A stretch of 64,000 bases of DNA from Parcubacteria group bacterium (GCA_041659505.1 JBAZYF010000002.1:115966-179965); one strand, 5' to 3'. Numbered from the stretch's first letter, positions 40,282 to 50,118 are shown. Notes: generated from the letters alone by a model not told the origin. Numbers and translations: made by a program.

Positions 40282-41799
40282 TCAGTCCACGAAAAGTCCA
40301 CTTGGTGATGCTGGCGGAGTGGCATCGCTTTCGTTAGAAACATATTCATAGGCGCCGATATCCCAATTAGCGCCTTGCGGACGGGAGACGCCAGCCTTAT
40401 CGACGATAAAATAGCCCGCCAGACTGACACCATGATCGATGGCGGGAGATCCGCCTTGCGGCTTGAAATTTCCATCAAGTAATGGGCTTCCTGTTCTACT
40501 ATTCAATTCGAATGTCTCATGCGCTACTTTCCAGGTTGGCAAATCCAACTGAGACCAACTTCCGTTAAGAAACGTCTCTCCCGAAGAGAATAAATTATAG
40601 TCAGATTCAGTGACACTACTAGCGCTGGAAAAGGGACCGATGGCTAGTCCGCCATTGTTAAATAAATTATTTTCAACAACCGCGTCGGTGACACCTCCCA
40701 ATTCTATGGCCGTCACTCCGTCAGCAGAAATGAAGGTATTATTGACAATCAACGCGCCGTCATCCTGCTTCAGATAAATCATGCCATTTGAACAGATTCC
40801 GGGGTTAACATCCATGACAAACAAGTTATTATAATATTTGGGACCAATAATGGGCCCTTCGCCAAATAAGGCTGTGGTTGTATTTGTGCCACATGCGCCG
40901 TGATAGTAATTATTGTAAATTTTAAGTCCGGTGACTTGAGTGTTTGTGTGTGCAGCAAAGACGTGGGTCAAATCAGTATGGATAGTTGGTGCGCCGCTCC
41001 ACTTTAGCCCCCGACTCAAGTCATTGTTATATATTTGAACATTTTCAATCGATGAATCCACATAGCCAGACCCGACGGTGATAGCTACCGCGCTGTCGGA
41101 AATAGCATTATTATAGACACTAACATTGGCAGAAACTCCGCCATACCAGGAAAAATATACCACTTTATTTCCGTCATGAACCACATTATCATGAAATGAG
41201 ATGTCATTAAGTACTCCGCTAAATTCAGCTGCCGTTCCATAGGCATTCTCCTCCGTTCCCTCTTCTCGGACATACATATTGGAAAATGTCATATTTTTAA
41301 CTTCCCAATGAGACGGATTACCGGAAACATTAAGAAAAGTAGAATTGACCGAATTGCCAAGACCAGTTCCATTATCCGTATTTTCAATAGTCCCATTTTC
41401 TCCACCATCAATAACTATGTAATTTTTCCCATCGGCATAAATGGACGACAACTCCGCCGTTCCCCAGGCGGCCTGGGACAATTTCGCTCCTGGATCGAAA
41501 AAGATAGTTATCACATTACCATCCGATCCACTAGCTTCCACTACCAGAGTTGATGAGATCGTTCCGCACAAATGTACTGTGTCCCCAGGACCGATTTTGC
41601 TTTCAGCTTTGGGATTAGACCAATTGCCAGATGTATTAAACCAACTGATCGCATGCGCATTAACACAATCTGCGCCAGTATCAAAGCCGGATGTATTTTG
41701 GGTGATATAAAAATCCGCCGCGTGAGAATTTTTCGCCCAGCCGAAAAAGCCGTAGAATATTATTATGACGAAAAAGATTTTTAGTTTGTGTTTATGCAT
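40282..41799 (-). CDS. Secreted right-handed beta-helix protein with DIGAYE motif and C-terminal PPASPSGLFVD tail
   Basis: Signal peptide, GPGDTVHLCG, YNN ladders and SPAIDHG..RPQGANWDIGAYE. Confidence 0.82.
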   Translation of the reverse strand: MHKHKLKIFFVIIIFYGFFGWAKNSHAADFYITQNTSGFDTGADCVNAHAISWFNTSGNWSNPKAESKIGPGDTVHLCGTISSTLVVEASGSDGNVITIFFDPGAKLSQAAWGTAELSSIYADGKNYIVIDGGENGTIENTDNGTGLGNSVNSTFLNVSGNPSHWEVKNMTFSNMYVREEGTEENAYGTAAEFSGVLNDISFHDNVVHDGNKVVYFSWYGGVSANVSVYNNAISDSAVAITVGSGYVDSSIENVQIYNNDLSRGLKWSGAPTIHTDLTHVFAAHTNTQVTGLKIYNNYYHGACGTNTTTALFGEGPIIGPKYYNNLFVMDVNPGICSNGMIYLKQDDGALIVNNTFISADGVTAIELGGVTDAVVENNLFNNGGLAIGPFSSASSVTESDYNLFSSGETFLNGSWSQLDLPTWKVAHETFELNSRTGSPLLDGNFKPQGGSPAIDHGVSLAGYFIVDKAGVSRPQGANWDIGAYEYVSNESDATPPASPSGLFVD

Positions 41800-41872
41800 T
41801 TTTTGTTTCTATGGCTTCAAGTGAAATAACCTGGATTTTTACTGCAAAAAATCCAGCTTTTTGGCTGACTTA

Positions 41873-41883
41873 ATTATACCACA
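41873..41883 (-). promoter_or_regulatory. Extended -10 promoter TGTGGTATAAT; 5' UTR hairpin at 41831-41856
   Basis: Read directly. Confidence 0.5.
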
Positions 41884-41955
41884 AATTCAGGAAAAATTCC
41901 GGCTGATATTTTTCACGACGCTGATGTTTTAATAAATTTGTTTTGATATAAAATA

Positions 41956-43227
41956 CTAGCGCTCTAACAGCCACCTCCAAAGTGGAATGAATTGAATTTT
42001 TCTATCTTTATACACCTCCTCACCATCTTCATCCCAAGTTACGACAACGAGTTTGTTGCAATTAAGCTCCTTGCTTGATTTGACCAAAGCCGACAATTCT
42101 CTTTCTTTGGTTTCAATATTTTTCAAGTCGTAGCAAACCTGGATAAGCTCAGTTACTTTATTGTTTTTTCTGATCAGAAAATCCACTTCACCGCCATTTT
42201 CATTTATATAAAAATACGTCTCCTTATTTTTCATTTTCAAATCCAAAAAAACCAAATTTTCCAGCATCCGGCCTGAATTGGGAGAATTTTGAAAAGAAAT
42301 CGCATTTATCATGCCATTGTCGATGCAATAGATTTTTCTCGCACTGTTTAGCTGTTGTTTTAATTTGAAAGAAAAGGGCAAAAGTTCAAAGATTAAATAG
42401 GCTTCCTCTAAATAATTGACATAATTTTTCACCGTGTGTGAACTTTTTATTTCAAAAACTTTTTGCAACTTGCGATAGGTAAAGCGAGAACCAAAATTGG
42501 AAAAAAGATAAACGGCCAGTTCTTTCAATTCTTTCCCAAATCTGACTTTATGGCGAGGCATGATATCGCGACTGATTATTTTATCATACAGATCTCGCAA
42601 ATATTGCTTTTTATTTTCAACAGAAAACAGCTCTGGGAAACCGCCTTGTTGCAGATATTCTTCCAGCGTTTTTTTGACAGTGGCTCGATTTTTCGTCAAA
42701 AACAAGTCTGTCCCTGAAAATTGTAGGCCTTTTCTTTTCAGAAATTCCCCAAATGAAAACGGAAATAGTTCAAGAGAAACATGCCTGCCAGTTAAATGTG
42801 TTGCCAATTCTTGACTGAGCAGTTTGGCATTGCTACCAGTGATCACTAAATTATATCCGGAACGCTTCAGGCGATTGGCAAACAATTCCCAACCTTCGAT
42901 ATTTTGCACTTCATCCAAAAGCAGATATTTCACGTTCGGAGTTATTTCATTTAGCACTTCCAAGAAATCGTTTAAATCTTCCGTCTTGGCTCCGATAAAT
43001 CTTTCATCATCAAAATTAACATACCCATATTCCTTGCCCCTAAGAATTTGATGTGCTAAAAAAGACTTCCCGCACCTACGGACTCCAATGAGCACCTTGA
43101 CTAAATTGTTTTTTAGCGCCTTTCTGACTTCGACCTCCTGATCTCGCTGGATGGTTTTAGTTTCTAGCAATTCGGCTATTTCCATCTTTTGCTCCAAAAG
43201 GACACTTTTAAGCTGTTGCTTTTCCAT
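41956..43227 (-). CDS. AAA_14 ATPase with DUF4143 C-terminal domain
   Basis: GVRRCGKS, LLDEVQ, TGSN, LTGR, GGFPE, KIYCIDNG, LENLV and EVDF. Confidence 0.92.
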   Translation of the reverse strand: MEKQQLKSVLLEQKMEIAELLETKTIQRDQEVEVRKALKNNLVKVLIGVRRCGKSFLAHQILRGKEYGYVNFDDERFIGAKTEDLNDFLEVLNEITPNVKYLLLDEVQNIEGWELFANRLKRSGYNLVITGSNAKLLSQELATHLTGRHVSLELFPFSFGEFLKRKGLQFSGTDLFLTKNRATVKKTLEEYLQQGGFPELFSVENKKQYLRDLYDKIISRDIMPRHKVRFGKELKELAVYLFSNFGSRFTYRKLQKVFEIKSSHTVKNYVNYLEEAYLIFELLPFSFKLKQQLNSARKIYCIDNGMINAISFQNSPNSGRMLENLVFLDLKMKNKETYFYINENGGEVDFLIRKNNKVTELIQVCYDLKNIETKERELSALVKSSKELNCNKLVVVTWDEDGEEVYKDRKIQFIPLWRWLLER

Positions 43228-43275
43228 AGTTCCTCAAACTAACTGCTAATTATATTGCTCAAATAATATCTTTTT

Positions 43276-43293
43276 TGTGCAATATATTGCACA
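43276..43293. promoter_or_regulatory. Perfect 18-bp palindrome TGTGCAATATATTGCACA, putative operator
   Basis: Lies in the divergent intergenic region, with an extra half site at about 43251-43263. Confidence 0.5.
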
Positions 43294-43452
43294 TAATTAC
43301 TTTACCCTATCCGCTTTCAACTGTCAAATTTCATCATTATCTTGCCACCAATTAACCACCCATTAGTCTTTCAGCTTTAAGTAACTGCGCTTTAATTTTA
43401 GCCCAACCTTATTTGTTTGGCAAAAAGTAAATTTCCCGATATAATAGAGGTG

Positions 43453-45222
43453 ATGAAAAAACTGCAAAATCTCAATGGATATGAGCTTTTTTCCGCCTTC
43501 GGAATTTTTGTTTTGGGGTGGGATTTTTTGGCGATTGTCCTTGCAATGCTGCGAATTTTTTATTGGCCGATCTTATTAGCCTATCTTCTCGCCGGCGCCA
43601 GCTTTCTTTTTTGGCTCATGGTCAAAAATTACAGGCGCATAATCTCACGTCGATCGATCCCATCACTAATCGCGCTGATAATTATCACCCTATCAATTGT
43701 CACCCTAACTTTCTTCACCACGCCCTCTGTTTTTTCCGGACGCGATCAGGGATCATTCAGCGAAGCGGCTATCCGTCTAGCGCAAAACCATCAATTGGAG
43801 TTTGACTCGACTGCCTCGCAGGAATTTTTCAAAATCTATGGCCCGGGCACAGCGCTCAATTTTCCCGGCTTCAACTATACTCCCGGCGGAAAATTGGTGA
43901 CTCATTTTTCTCTAGGCTACATTGCATGGCTCGCCGGTTTCTATGCTATTTTTGGTCTCAGCGGATTTTCTGTCGCTAATGGCGTTTTGTTTTTTCTTTT
44001 TTTATTGTCCTTTTTCCTCCTACTTAAACTCCAAGCAAATACAAGATCGGCTTGGATTGGACTACTTATTGCCCTCAGTACGTTCATTTTTTCCTGGCTG
44101 TTCAAATTCACCTTGAGTGAAAATTTAGCCTTGGGGTTCATCTGGTTTGGTGTTTTAGAGCTCTCTCTGTTTTTGAAATTTCGCAACCAGCTTTATTTCC
44201 TCTCCGCGCTGGGCGCATTTCTTCTGCTTGCATTCACCAGGATCGAAGCTTGGGCACTGCTACTGATGCTCGGCGGTATTATTTTTATTTTTCAAAAAAA
44301 CGAGAAAAAACTTTTTTCCAAACATGATCAGAAAAATATTTTTTGGCTGTTGGGTATTTTTGTTCTCACTTTCACCAGCAACCTCATCGTCAACAGCCAG
44401 TTCTACCGCTCCTCGCTCAAGGGACTCCTGCATTCTTTCTCCCCCGCCGAAAGTGGTCTTGGCACGCTCAGTGTCCTGACATATTTATTTAAGATTTTCT
44501 ATTATTACAACCTGCTGATTTTTCTCCTCATCGCCGCGCTCGCTGTCATCTACTTTCTCGCCAAGAAAAACTATCTGATTCTGATGCCTTTTTTTCTGCT
44601 TTTGCCATTACTCATCTATCTTGTCCATCCGGGAATCTCCCTTGATCACCCCTGGATGCTTCGGCGCTTTGCTTTTGCCATCATCCCGCTGAGTATCTAT
44701 TATACCGTTCTAATTATTAACCGATTATTCACCAAGAAAAATTATCTTTTTTTTCTGATGGCCGCTTTTCTTCTATTGGCAAATTTAGCTTTTTCAGCTC
44801 CCTTGTTCACTTTTTCAGAAAACGAAACACTCCTTATGCAAACGAAGACACTCAGCGAAAATTTCTCCGCTACCGACCTCGTGCTGGTTGATCGCTTGGC
44901 TTCGGGCGATGGTTGGTCAATACCGAGCGGTCCGCTGAGTTTTCTTGGTGGCTTACAGGCAGTCTACTTTTTCAATCCGGATGATCTCGTCAAAATTGAC
45001 ACAAAAAAATTCACTAATGTCTATTTGATCATCCCTAATGCAAGCCTAAGTCTCTACGATAAATCCGGCCTACTGGAAAAACTAATTCCTCAAAAACCCT
45101 ATAGCCTGAGCAGAAATCACCTGATTGTTCCTGATTTTACAAAGACCGGCGGACTTTCCGAAGAAAGACCAATCGACTACAGCAGTACAATAAATGGAGA
45201 AATTTATTTATTGAAACAATAA
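43453..45222 (+). CDS. Multi-pass membrane protein, GT-C-like
   Basis: GRDQG loop motif, TLSE, TRIE and DHPWMLRRF; about 14 TMs; start refined. Confidence 0.7.
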   Translation: MKKLQNLNGYELFSAFGIFVLGWDFLAIVLAMLRIFYWPILLAYLLAGASFLFWLMVKNYRRIISRRSIPSLIALIIITLSIVTLTFFTTPSVFSGRDQGSFSEAAIRLAQNHQLEFDSTASQEFFKIYGPGTALNFPGFNYTPGGKLVTHFSLGYIAWLAGFYAIFGLSGFSVANGVLFFLFLLSFFLLLKLQANTRSAWIGLLIALSTFIFSWLFKFTLSENLALGFIWFGVLELSLFLKFRNQLYFLSALGAFLLLAFTRIEAWALLLMLGGIIFIFQKNEKKLFSKHDQKNIFWLLGIFVLTFTSNLIVNSQFYRSSLKGLLHSFSPAESGLGTLSVLTYLFKIFYYYNLLIFLLIAALAVIYFLAKKNYLILMPFFLLLPLLIYLVHPGISLDHPWMLRRFAFAIIPLSIYYTVLIINRLFTKKNYLFFLMAAFLLLANLAFSAPLFTFSENETLLMQTKTLSENFSATDLVLVDRLASGDGWSIPSGPLSFLGGLQAVYFFNPDDLVKIDTKKFTNVYLIIPNASLSLYDKSGLLEKLIPQKPYSLSRNHLIVPDFTKTGGLSEERPIDYSSTINGEIYLLKQ

Positions 45223-45271
45223 TCCGCACAATTATTCATACATTCGTATAAATTCTTAATTCGTAGAGAAT

Positions 45272-46609
45272 ATGCTCGATCTGACCAGGGAAATCAAGCT
45301 AGATGAAAAAAATACTTTGCGCTACCGACGCTGGCAGGCTTTTTTCTATGCCTTTTGTTTTGCCAGTGCGCTCTATGTCGCTTATTTCATCTTTTTTCCC
45401 ACCCAAGAATTTAACTTTTCCTTCACAATGTTAACGTCCAACAAGGGCAATGCGGTCAACCCAAGAACTACTGATGGAACATTAATCACTGACGGAAAAT
45501 TCTCCGCCGGACAAAAAAGTTTTTTCGACACCTCGCTGGTCGGCAGTTTTTCTAAGATTAAGCTGAGCTTCACGCCAAATAGACTATCCACAAGCCCAGA
45601 AAATTCTCACATCGATTTGCGCAAATCCTATCGCGCGTTTCTTTTTCCCGAGGGTAGTCCAGTTGGTTTTAAAAATGGCACATTAGTTAAGCATGAAAAC
45701 GCTTTCTATCTTATCTCTGCGGGAAAACTGAGAAAATTCAAAGATCGGTCGACACTTTTTGCGCTTGGTTTTTCGGAAAGTGCCTTTATCGATACTGACG
45801 AGCAAGATTTGAGCTACACTCCACTGGATGAAGAAATCACAGATACAAAAATTTACCCAGCAGATTCACTCTTCAAAATCGACGACGTTTATTATCGTTC
45901 AAGTACTGACGGAAGCTTGGAAAAATTCAGCAGCGCAGGGGCTTTTCACAGTCAGTATGAGGAAAATTTTGCCATCCCCAAAAATGCCGATTTTCTTAAT
46001 GCTTACGCTGTCGCTAAAAATCCGATCGGTTTTGCTGATAGCTCCCTAATTTCCTATGGCACATCCGCTTTTATCGTCAGTAGGGATAAAATTTATCCGA
46101 TCGGCGACCCAGATATCTTTCTGAATCAGGGCTATGATTGGAATGATATCATAATAGCAAGCAGTGATGAGCTTTCGCTCTATACTAAAGAAAAATTATT
46201 TACGCTCACTAGTGTGCATCCTGATGGAACAATCTTTTTCGCAACAGACACCCAAAAATGGTACCAAATAGAAAATGGGCAAAAGCATGAACTGCCTTCG
46301 GAAAAAATTGCCAATTCCTGGCTCAAAAAACATCCGATCTCTGTCCTGGCAAAAAGTCTCGAGGTTTTGGGCGGTTGTGATTTGCAAAAAGAAACTTTCG
46401 GTGGCTACGCCTGCCTAATTCCCCTGAACGACACGGAAGATACGGCGGGAAAATACTATGAATTCACTTTTGTGGCAAAAAATGACCTGAAAATTGACAA
46501 CCTCAATCTGCTCTATGAAAAAAATATGACCATGCAAAATCTCAAACTCGCCCTGCGCAATATGATTTTACGGATAAAGGCTCGTTATGGAATTCAAAGC
46601 GCACCATAG
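45272..46609 (+). CDS. Single-TM extracellular protein with four ~60-aa repeats
   Basis: Repeats GTLVK..FYLISAGKLRKF, DSLFK..YYR..GSLEKF, SSLIS..FIV..KIYPI and GTIFF..WYQIENGQKHEL. Confidence 0.7.
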   Translation: MLDLTREIKLDEKNTLRYRRWQAFFYAFCFASALYVAYFIFFPTQEFNFSFTMLTSNKGNAVNPRTTDGTLITDGKFSAGQKSFFDTSLVGSFSKIKLSFTPNRLSTSPENSHIDLRKSYRAFLFPEGSPVGFKNGTLVKHENAFYLISAGKLRKFKDRSTLFALGFSESAFIDTDEQDLSYTPLDEEITDTKIYPADSLFKIDDVYYRSSTDGSLEKFSSAGAFHSQYEENFAIPKNADFLNAYAVAKNPIGFADSSLISYGTSAFIVSRDKIYPIGDPDIFLNQGYDWNDIIIASSDELSLYTKEKLFTLTSVHPDGTIFFATDTQKWYQIENGQKHELPSEKIANSWLKKHPISVLAKSLEVLGGCDLQKETFGGYACLIPLNDTEDTAGKYYEFTFVAKNDLKIDNLNLLYEKNMTMQNLKLALRNMILRIKARYGIQSAP

Positions 46610-46630
46610 CAATGCCACAAAATTAATAAT

Positions 46631-46816
46631 TTTAGGACTTACGCGATTGCCCGAGTCAGCCGGTTTTTCTAAAAAAATCTTGTCTGAGAACGCCTTTTTT
46701 CTTCAAAATTTTCCATTGGTTGCCTTTGATAGAGGGAAAATTTTGAAAAGAAAAAAGAGCGTTCGAGTTATTTTTTTAGAAAATCCGACTACGAGGTGAA
46801 ATGCGTAACTCCTAAA
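46631..46816. mobile_element. 186-bp palindromic GACTTACGC-family element (MITE/REP-like)
   Basis: TTTAGGACTTACGC...GCGTAACTCCTAAA ends; internal arms TTTTCTAAAAAAAT/ATTTTTTTAGAAAA, GAACGC/GCGTTC and TTCAAAATTTTCC/GGAAAATTTTGAA. Confidence 0.75.
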
Positions 46817-46817
46817 T

Positions 46818-47243
46818 ATGCAACATTCTATGCAAATATCCTTGAAACAATTCGACAAAAATACCATTGCAATTTTCTACAAACTCTTGCACGACAGCCT
46901 ATTCGTGTTGATTATTTTTTTCAGCCTCACACTTATTGCTGAAGCGGTTCTGCCAGGCATCATTATTTCTCACATCGGCTTTTCTAAGATTGTTATTGTA
47001 CTCCTGCTCAATATTTTTCTGATAAAGTTCTTGGCAGAAAAAATCAGTAATGAAAATATAGCCAAAAAAAATGACGCAAAAAATAAAAGCCTGGCAAAAT
47101 TTGCCAGCCCTTTCATCATCCTTGGCGCGCTACTACTCTTTAATGATCAACTGGGAATGAACCTATTTCTCAATCTTTTCATCATCCTAATTTGCGGAAT
47201 CATCGGATATTTGAGTTATCAAATTTTGTTCAACGAGGAATAA
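46818..47243 (+). CDS. 141-aa four-TM membrane protein
   Basis: Four hydrophobic segments. Confidence 0.7.
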   Translation: MQHSMQISLKQFDKNTIAIFYKLLHDSLFVLIIFFSLTLIAEAVLPGIIISHIGFSKIVIVLLLNIFLIKFLAEKISNENIAKKNDAKNKSLAKFASPFIILGALLLFNDQLGMNLFLNLFIILICGIIGYLSYQILFNEE

Positions 47244-47245
47244 TC

Positions 47246-47274
47246 AGGGCTTACTCGTTTGCCGAGATAAGCTT
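47246..47274. repeat. Miniature family-like hairpin AGGGCTTACTCGTTTGCCGAGATAAGCTT between convergent genes
   Basis: Resembles the left end of 48396 (AGGACTTACGCGTTTGCC) and folds on itself. Confidence 0.55.
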
Positions 47275-48388
47275 AACTTTTCAAATATTCCAAAGTTTCA
47301 CGTGCGCATTTTTCCCAAGAAAACTTTTTGATCTGCTCAGCGCCTTTTGCAATCATCTCACTGCGCAGACTCTCATTCCCCAATACCTGCTCGATTTTCT
47401 CCGCCAAGTCAGCGGGATTTTTTTCGTCAAAATATAGCGGCGCATCGCCCCCCACTTCTCCTAGGCTCGAATTTAGGGCACAAAGGAGTGGTACACGTGA
47501 AGCCAAAATCTCAAGCACGGGAATACCAAAACCTTCGTAGAGTGAAGGATAAACATAGACGCTCGCGCCACGGACCAATGTTCCCATATCGGCAAAAGTC
47601 AGTCGACCAGGTGTGATAATATCTTTTCGAAATGGGCTACTCGTAATTTTTTCAAATACACCATCAGACAGCCAAGCCCTTTCGCCGGCGATAACCAATT
47701 TAATCTCCGATTTAGTTTTTTTCTTGAACAGATCATATGCCTCTACCAGCACACCCAAATTTTTCCGTGGCTGGATTGCTCCGGCATATAAAAGATATTC
47801 CCCTGCGATTCCCATCCGCTCCTTGGTTTTGTTTTCGATTTCCAAATTGCGCAGCACAGCAAACACTTCCGCGTCAAAGCCATGATAGATCACTTTGATT
47901 TTTTTCTCGGAAACGTCCGGATAAAACCGTAAAATATCTTTTTTGGTCGACTCGGAAATGGCAATGATTTTATCCGCTTTCCTAAACGCCCAATTCCCCA
48001 AAAGATTAAGTTTGAATAAATCTTTTTTGGGGAAATACTCGGGAAAATATTTATAGGCCAAATCATGCGCCGTCACCACAATTTTCATCTTTCCAATGCA
48101 ACGAAGCGGAATATTGTGCATTGGCATCCAAAGCACTTCTGGCTTGTCACGGCACAGCTCTCCTGCCAACCAACCTTGCGTCCAAAAAACCGGACGATTT
48201 TTTTGTTTGATCCTGTAATTGGAAAAATTCGGCGACTTAAGCTCAGGGTTAAATTCATTCTTATGATATAGCAAAAATTCACTGGTCGGATCCAACGCCC
48301 CAAAAAATTTCAACATATTATGGATATACACACGCGTCCCATCGATCCGCTCTGCGTCGAGATCCGCTACTTGAATGCCAATTTTCAT
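47273..48388 (-). CDS. GT4 glycosyltransferase (MtfB-like)
   Basis: TAHDL, GAIQPRKN and PSLYEGFGIPVLE. Confidence 0.92.
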   Translation of the reverse strand: MKIGIQVADLDAERIDGTRVYIHNMLKFFGALDPTSEFLLYHKNEFNPELKSPNFSNYRIKQKNRPVFWTQGWLAGELCRDKPEVLWMPMHNIPLRCIGKMKIVVTAHDLAYKYFPEYFPKKDLFKLNLLGNWAFRKADKIIAISESTKKDILRFYPDVSEKKIKVIYHGFDAEVFAVLRNLEIENKTKERMGIAGEYLLYAGAIQPRKNLGVLVEAYDLFKKKTKSEIKLVIAGERAWLSDGVFEKITSSPFRKDIITPGRLTFADMGTLVRGASVYVYPSLYEGFGIPVLEILASRVPLLCALNSSLGEVGGDAPLYFDEKNPADLAEKIEQVLGNESLRSEMIAKGAEQIKKFSWEKCARETLEYLKS

Positions 48389-48395
48389 TTTTTTT

Positions 48396-48534
48396 AGGAC
48401 TTACGCGTTTGCCAAAGAGTTGTTCGCACAAGCATTTCTCTTTACACAAAAGGCTAATAGTAAACCAAAATCAAACTGACCGAAATGAGGAAACGTCGCT
48501 TTTAGAATAATTCCTTGGTAAATGCATAAGTCCT
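48396..48534. mobile_element. 139-bp GACTTACGC-family element with 30-bp imperfect terminal inverted repeats
   Basis: 48396-48425 pairs with 48505-48534; homologous to 54243-54380. Confidence 0.8.
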
Positions 48535-48547
48535 GATTTAATTCAAA

Positions 48548-50032
48548 TTAAATTAATTCACCTTTTTTAATTTTCCTGGCAAAATCCTTAAAGCCTTCTT
48601 GTTTGTCTTGTTCAAACATCGCCTTCACCGCGATTGGCGTTGTGGCCGGTGATTTCCAGTTGTAGATAGATTTCAGGTTTTTGCGCATCACGTAGGCGGT
48701 TTTGACCAGAAAATTCGTGTCCCCTTGCACTGGACAAGCGTAGATGTATTCACAAGGATCGCCGCTTTGATTGTAGGTACTTTTGATTTCAAAAGAGATC
48801 GGTAGACCCTTCTCCTTCATCACGCGATAAGATTTAACCGGGTTGGGATAGTGGTTGAAATTTTTGTTCAAGTGCTTGATCTCTTCATTTTTGATATTTT
48901 TAAGCTGGTTGCTTTCAATCATCACCACCCGCCCTAGTTTTTTGTCATAGAAACTCGCTCCACCCTTTTGGGGCTTGATCGGATTTTGCGCCACGATCTC
49001 CATCACCATCGAATAACCCTTCTTTCCTAGATCAAGAGCAAGCGTCAAACTAGGCAGGTCGATCGAGCACGTCAAATAACCCAAGTCTTCGACATTATAG
49101 GATAAAAGGTCATCGTGCTTGGCCAGCAGTTTTTCAAAATCTTTATTGGAAATCGATTCGCGTTTACTGGTATTTTTTTTATCCACGCGAAAAACCACAT
49201 TGTCGTGGATTTTTTGCATGATCAACTGTCCATGATTGTGCAGTCGCTTATTCTTCTCTGTTGTCCGGTCATAATAGAGACAACCTTCTTTGATATAGAT
49301 ACCATGAAAACTGCGTTGGATCATAAAATAAACTTTTTTTGGATCAAGTCCGAAAAAATTGAACCGTTTGAATTCTTCCAAAATTTCCTCGGCTGTCTGT
49401 TCATTGAGGATTATGATCGTGCTCTGCTTGGCCAGCACTTTTTTGGGATTCTTGTGATTCCGTTTAGCAATTTGCACCACGTCATAAGCCATCTGAAGCA
49501 TGTGCCTGTTGCCAAGAGAAATATTCATCAGACTCTTGGGATCCTTGCCAGTCACTTCCAACACTTTTTCTTCTGTGATATTCTCATTGATCTTTTTCGT
49601 TTCCTCGTCCAAACGCTTCCCTTCCAATCCCGCTTTCTTAGCTTCACGGATCGCTTCTTGGCGCATATGAAAGACGACTTCCGTCAAGGAAAACTGACTG
49701 AGATTTAGGAGGTATTTTGTTCCCAGTCCCAAGCGCGTCGCTTCGCCGGCCGCTGTATGTTCCCAGAGGAATTTTCCGGCTAAAATCGCTTTTTCCGCCG
49801 GAAGTGTTTTAATCTTATCATCATCCAGGGTGATAATCTTACTTTGATCGATCGGTTCAAGCTCGTCAAAATTTTCATAGCAGTTGATTGCCTTTTCATC
49901 CCGTTTAATATCCTTCAACGTAATTTTTTTCAGATCGGCGTAATAGTTCCTGAGCATCCATTCGATATAGCGGAGAACAGAGATACGATACTCTTCAAAG
50001 GAGTCCAGGTGAATCTTGGGTTTTGTGTTCAT
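48548..50032 (-). CDS. Divergent UDPGP/UAP-like sugar-1-phosphate nucleotidyltransferase
   Basis: AAGEATRLGLGTK (GGxGTRLG..K-like), HNHG, YNVEDL and QKGG motifs in the expected order. Confidence 0.6.
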   Translation of the reverse strand: MNTKPKIHLDSFEEYRISVLRYIEWMLRNYYADLKKITLKDIKRDEKAINCYENFDELEPIDQSKIITLDDDKIKTLPAEKAILAGKFLWEHTAAGEATRLGLGTKYLLNLSQFSLTEVVFHMRQEAIREAKKAGLEGKRLDEETKKINENITEEKVLEVTGKDPKSLMNISLGNRHMLQMAYDVVQIAKRNHKNPKKVLAKQSTIIILNEQTAEEILEEFKRFNFFGLDPKKVYFMIQRSFHGIYIKEGCLYYDRTTEKNKRLHNHGQLIMQKIHDNVVFRVDKKNTSKRESISNKDFEKLLAKHDDLLSYNVEDLGYLTCSIDLPSLTLALDLGKKGYSMVMEIVAQNPIKPQKGGASFYDKKLGRVVMIESNQLKNIKNEEIKHLNKNFNHYPNPVKSYRVMKEKGLPISFEIKSTYNQSGDPCEYIYACPVQGDTNFLVKTAYVMRKNLKSIYNWKSPATTPIAVKAMFEQDKQEGFKDFARKIKKGELI

Positions 50033-50061
50033 TAGTTTTATGCTTTTGGGCCTTAAAGGTT

Positions 50062-50118
50062 AAACGCAGGTTTTTGGCCTGCGTTTGAATTATACAATAT
50101 TTTTTACTCCGAGTGCAA
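50062..50118 (-). promoter_or_regulatory. Promoter TTGCAC-18-TATAAT followed by hairpin AAACGCAGG/CCTGCGTTT
   Basis: Read directly; the hairpin is at 50062-50086. Confidence 0.45.
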
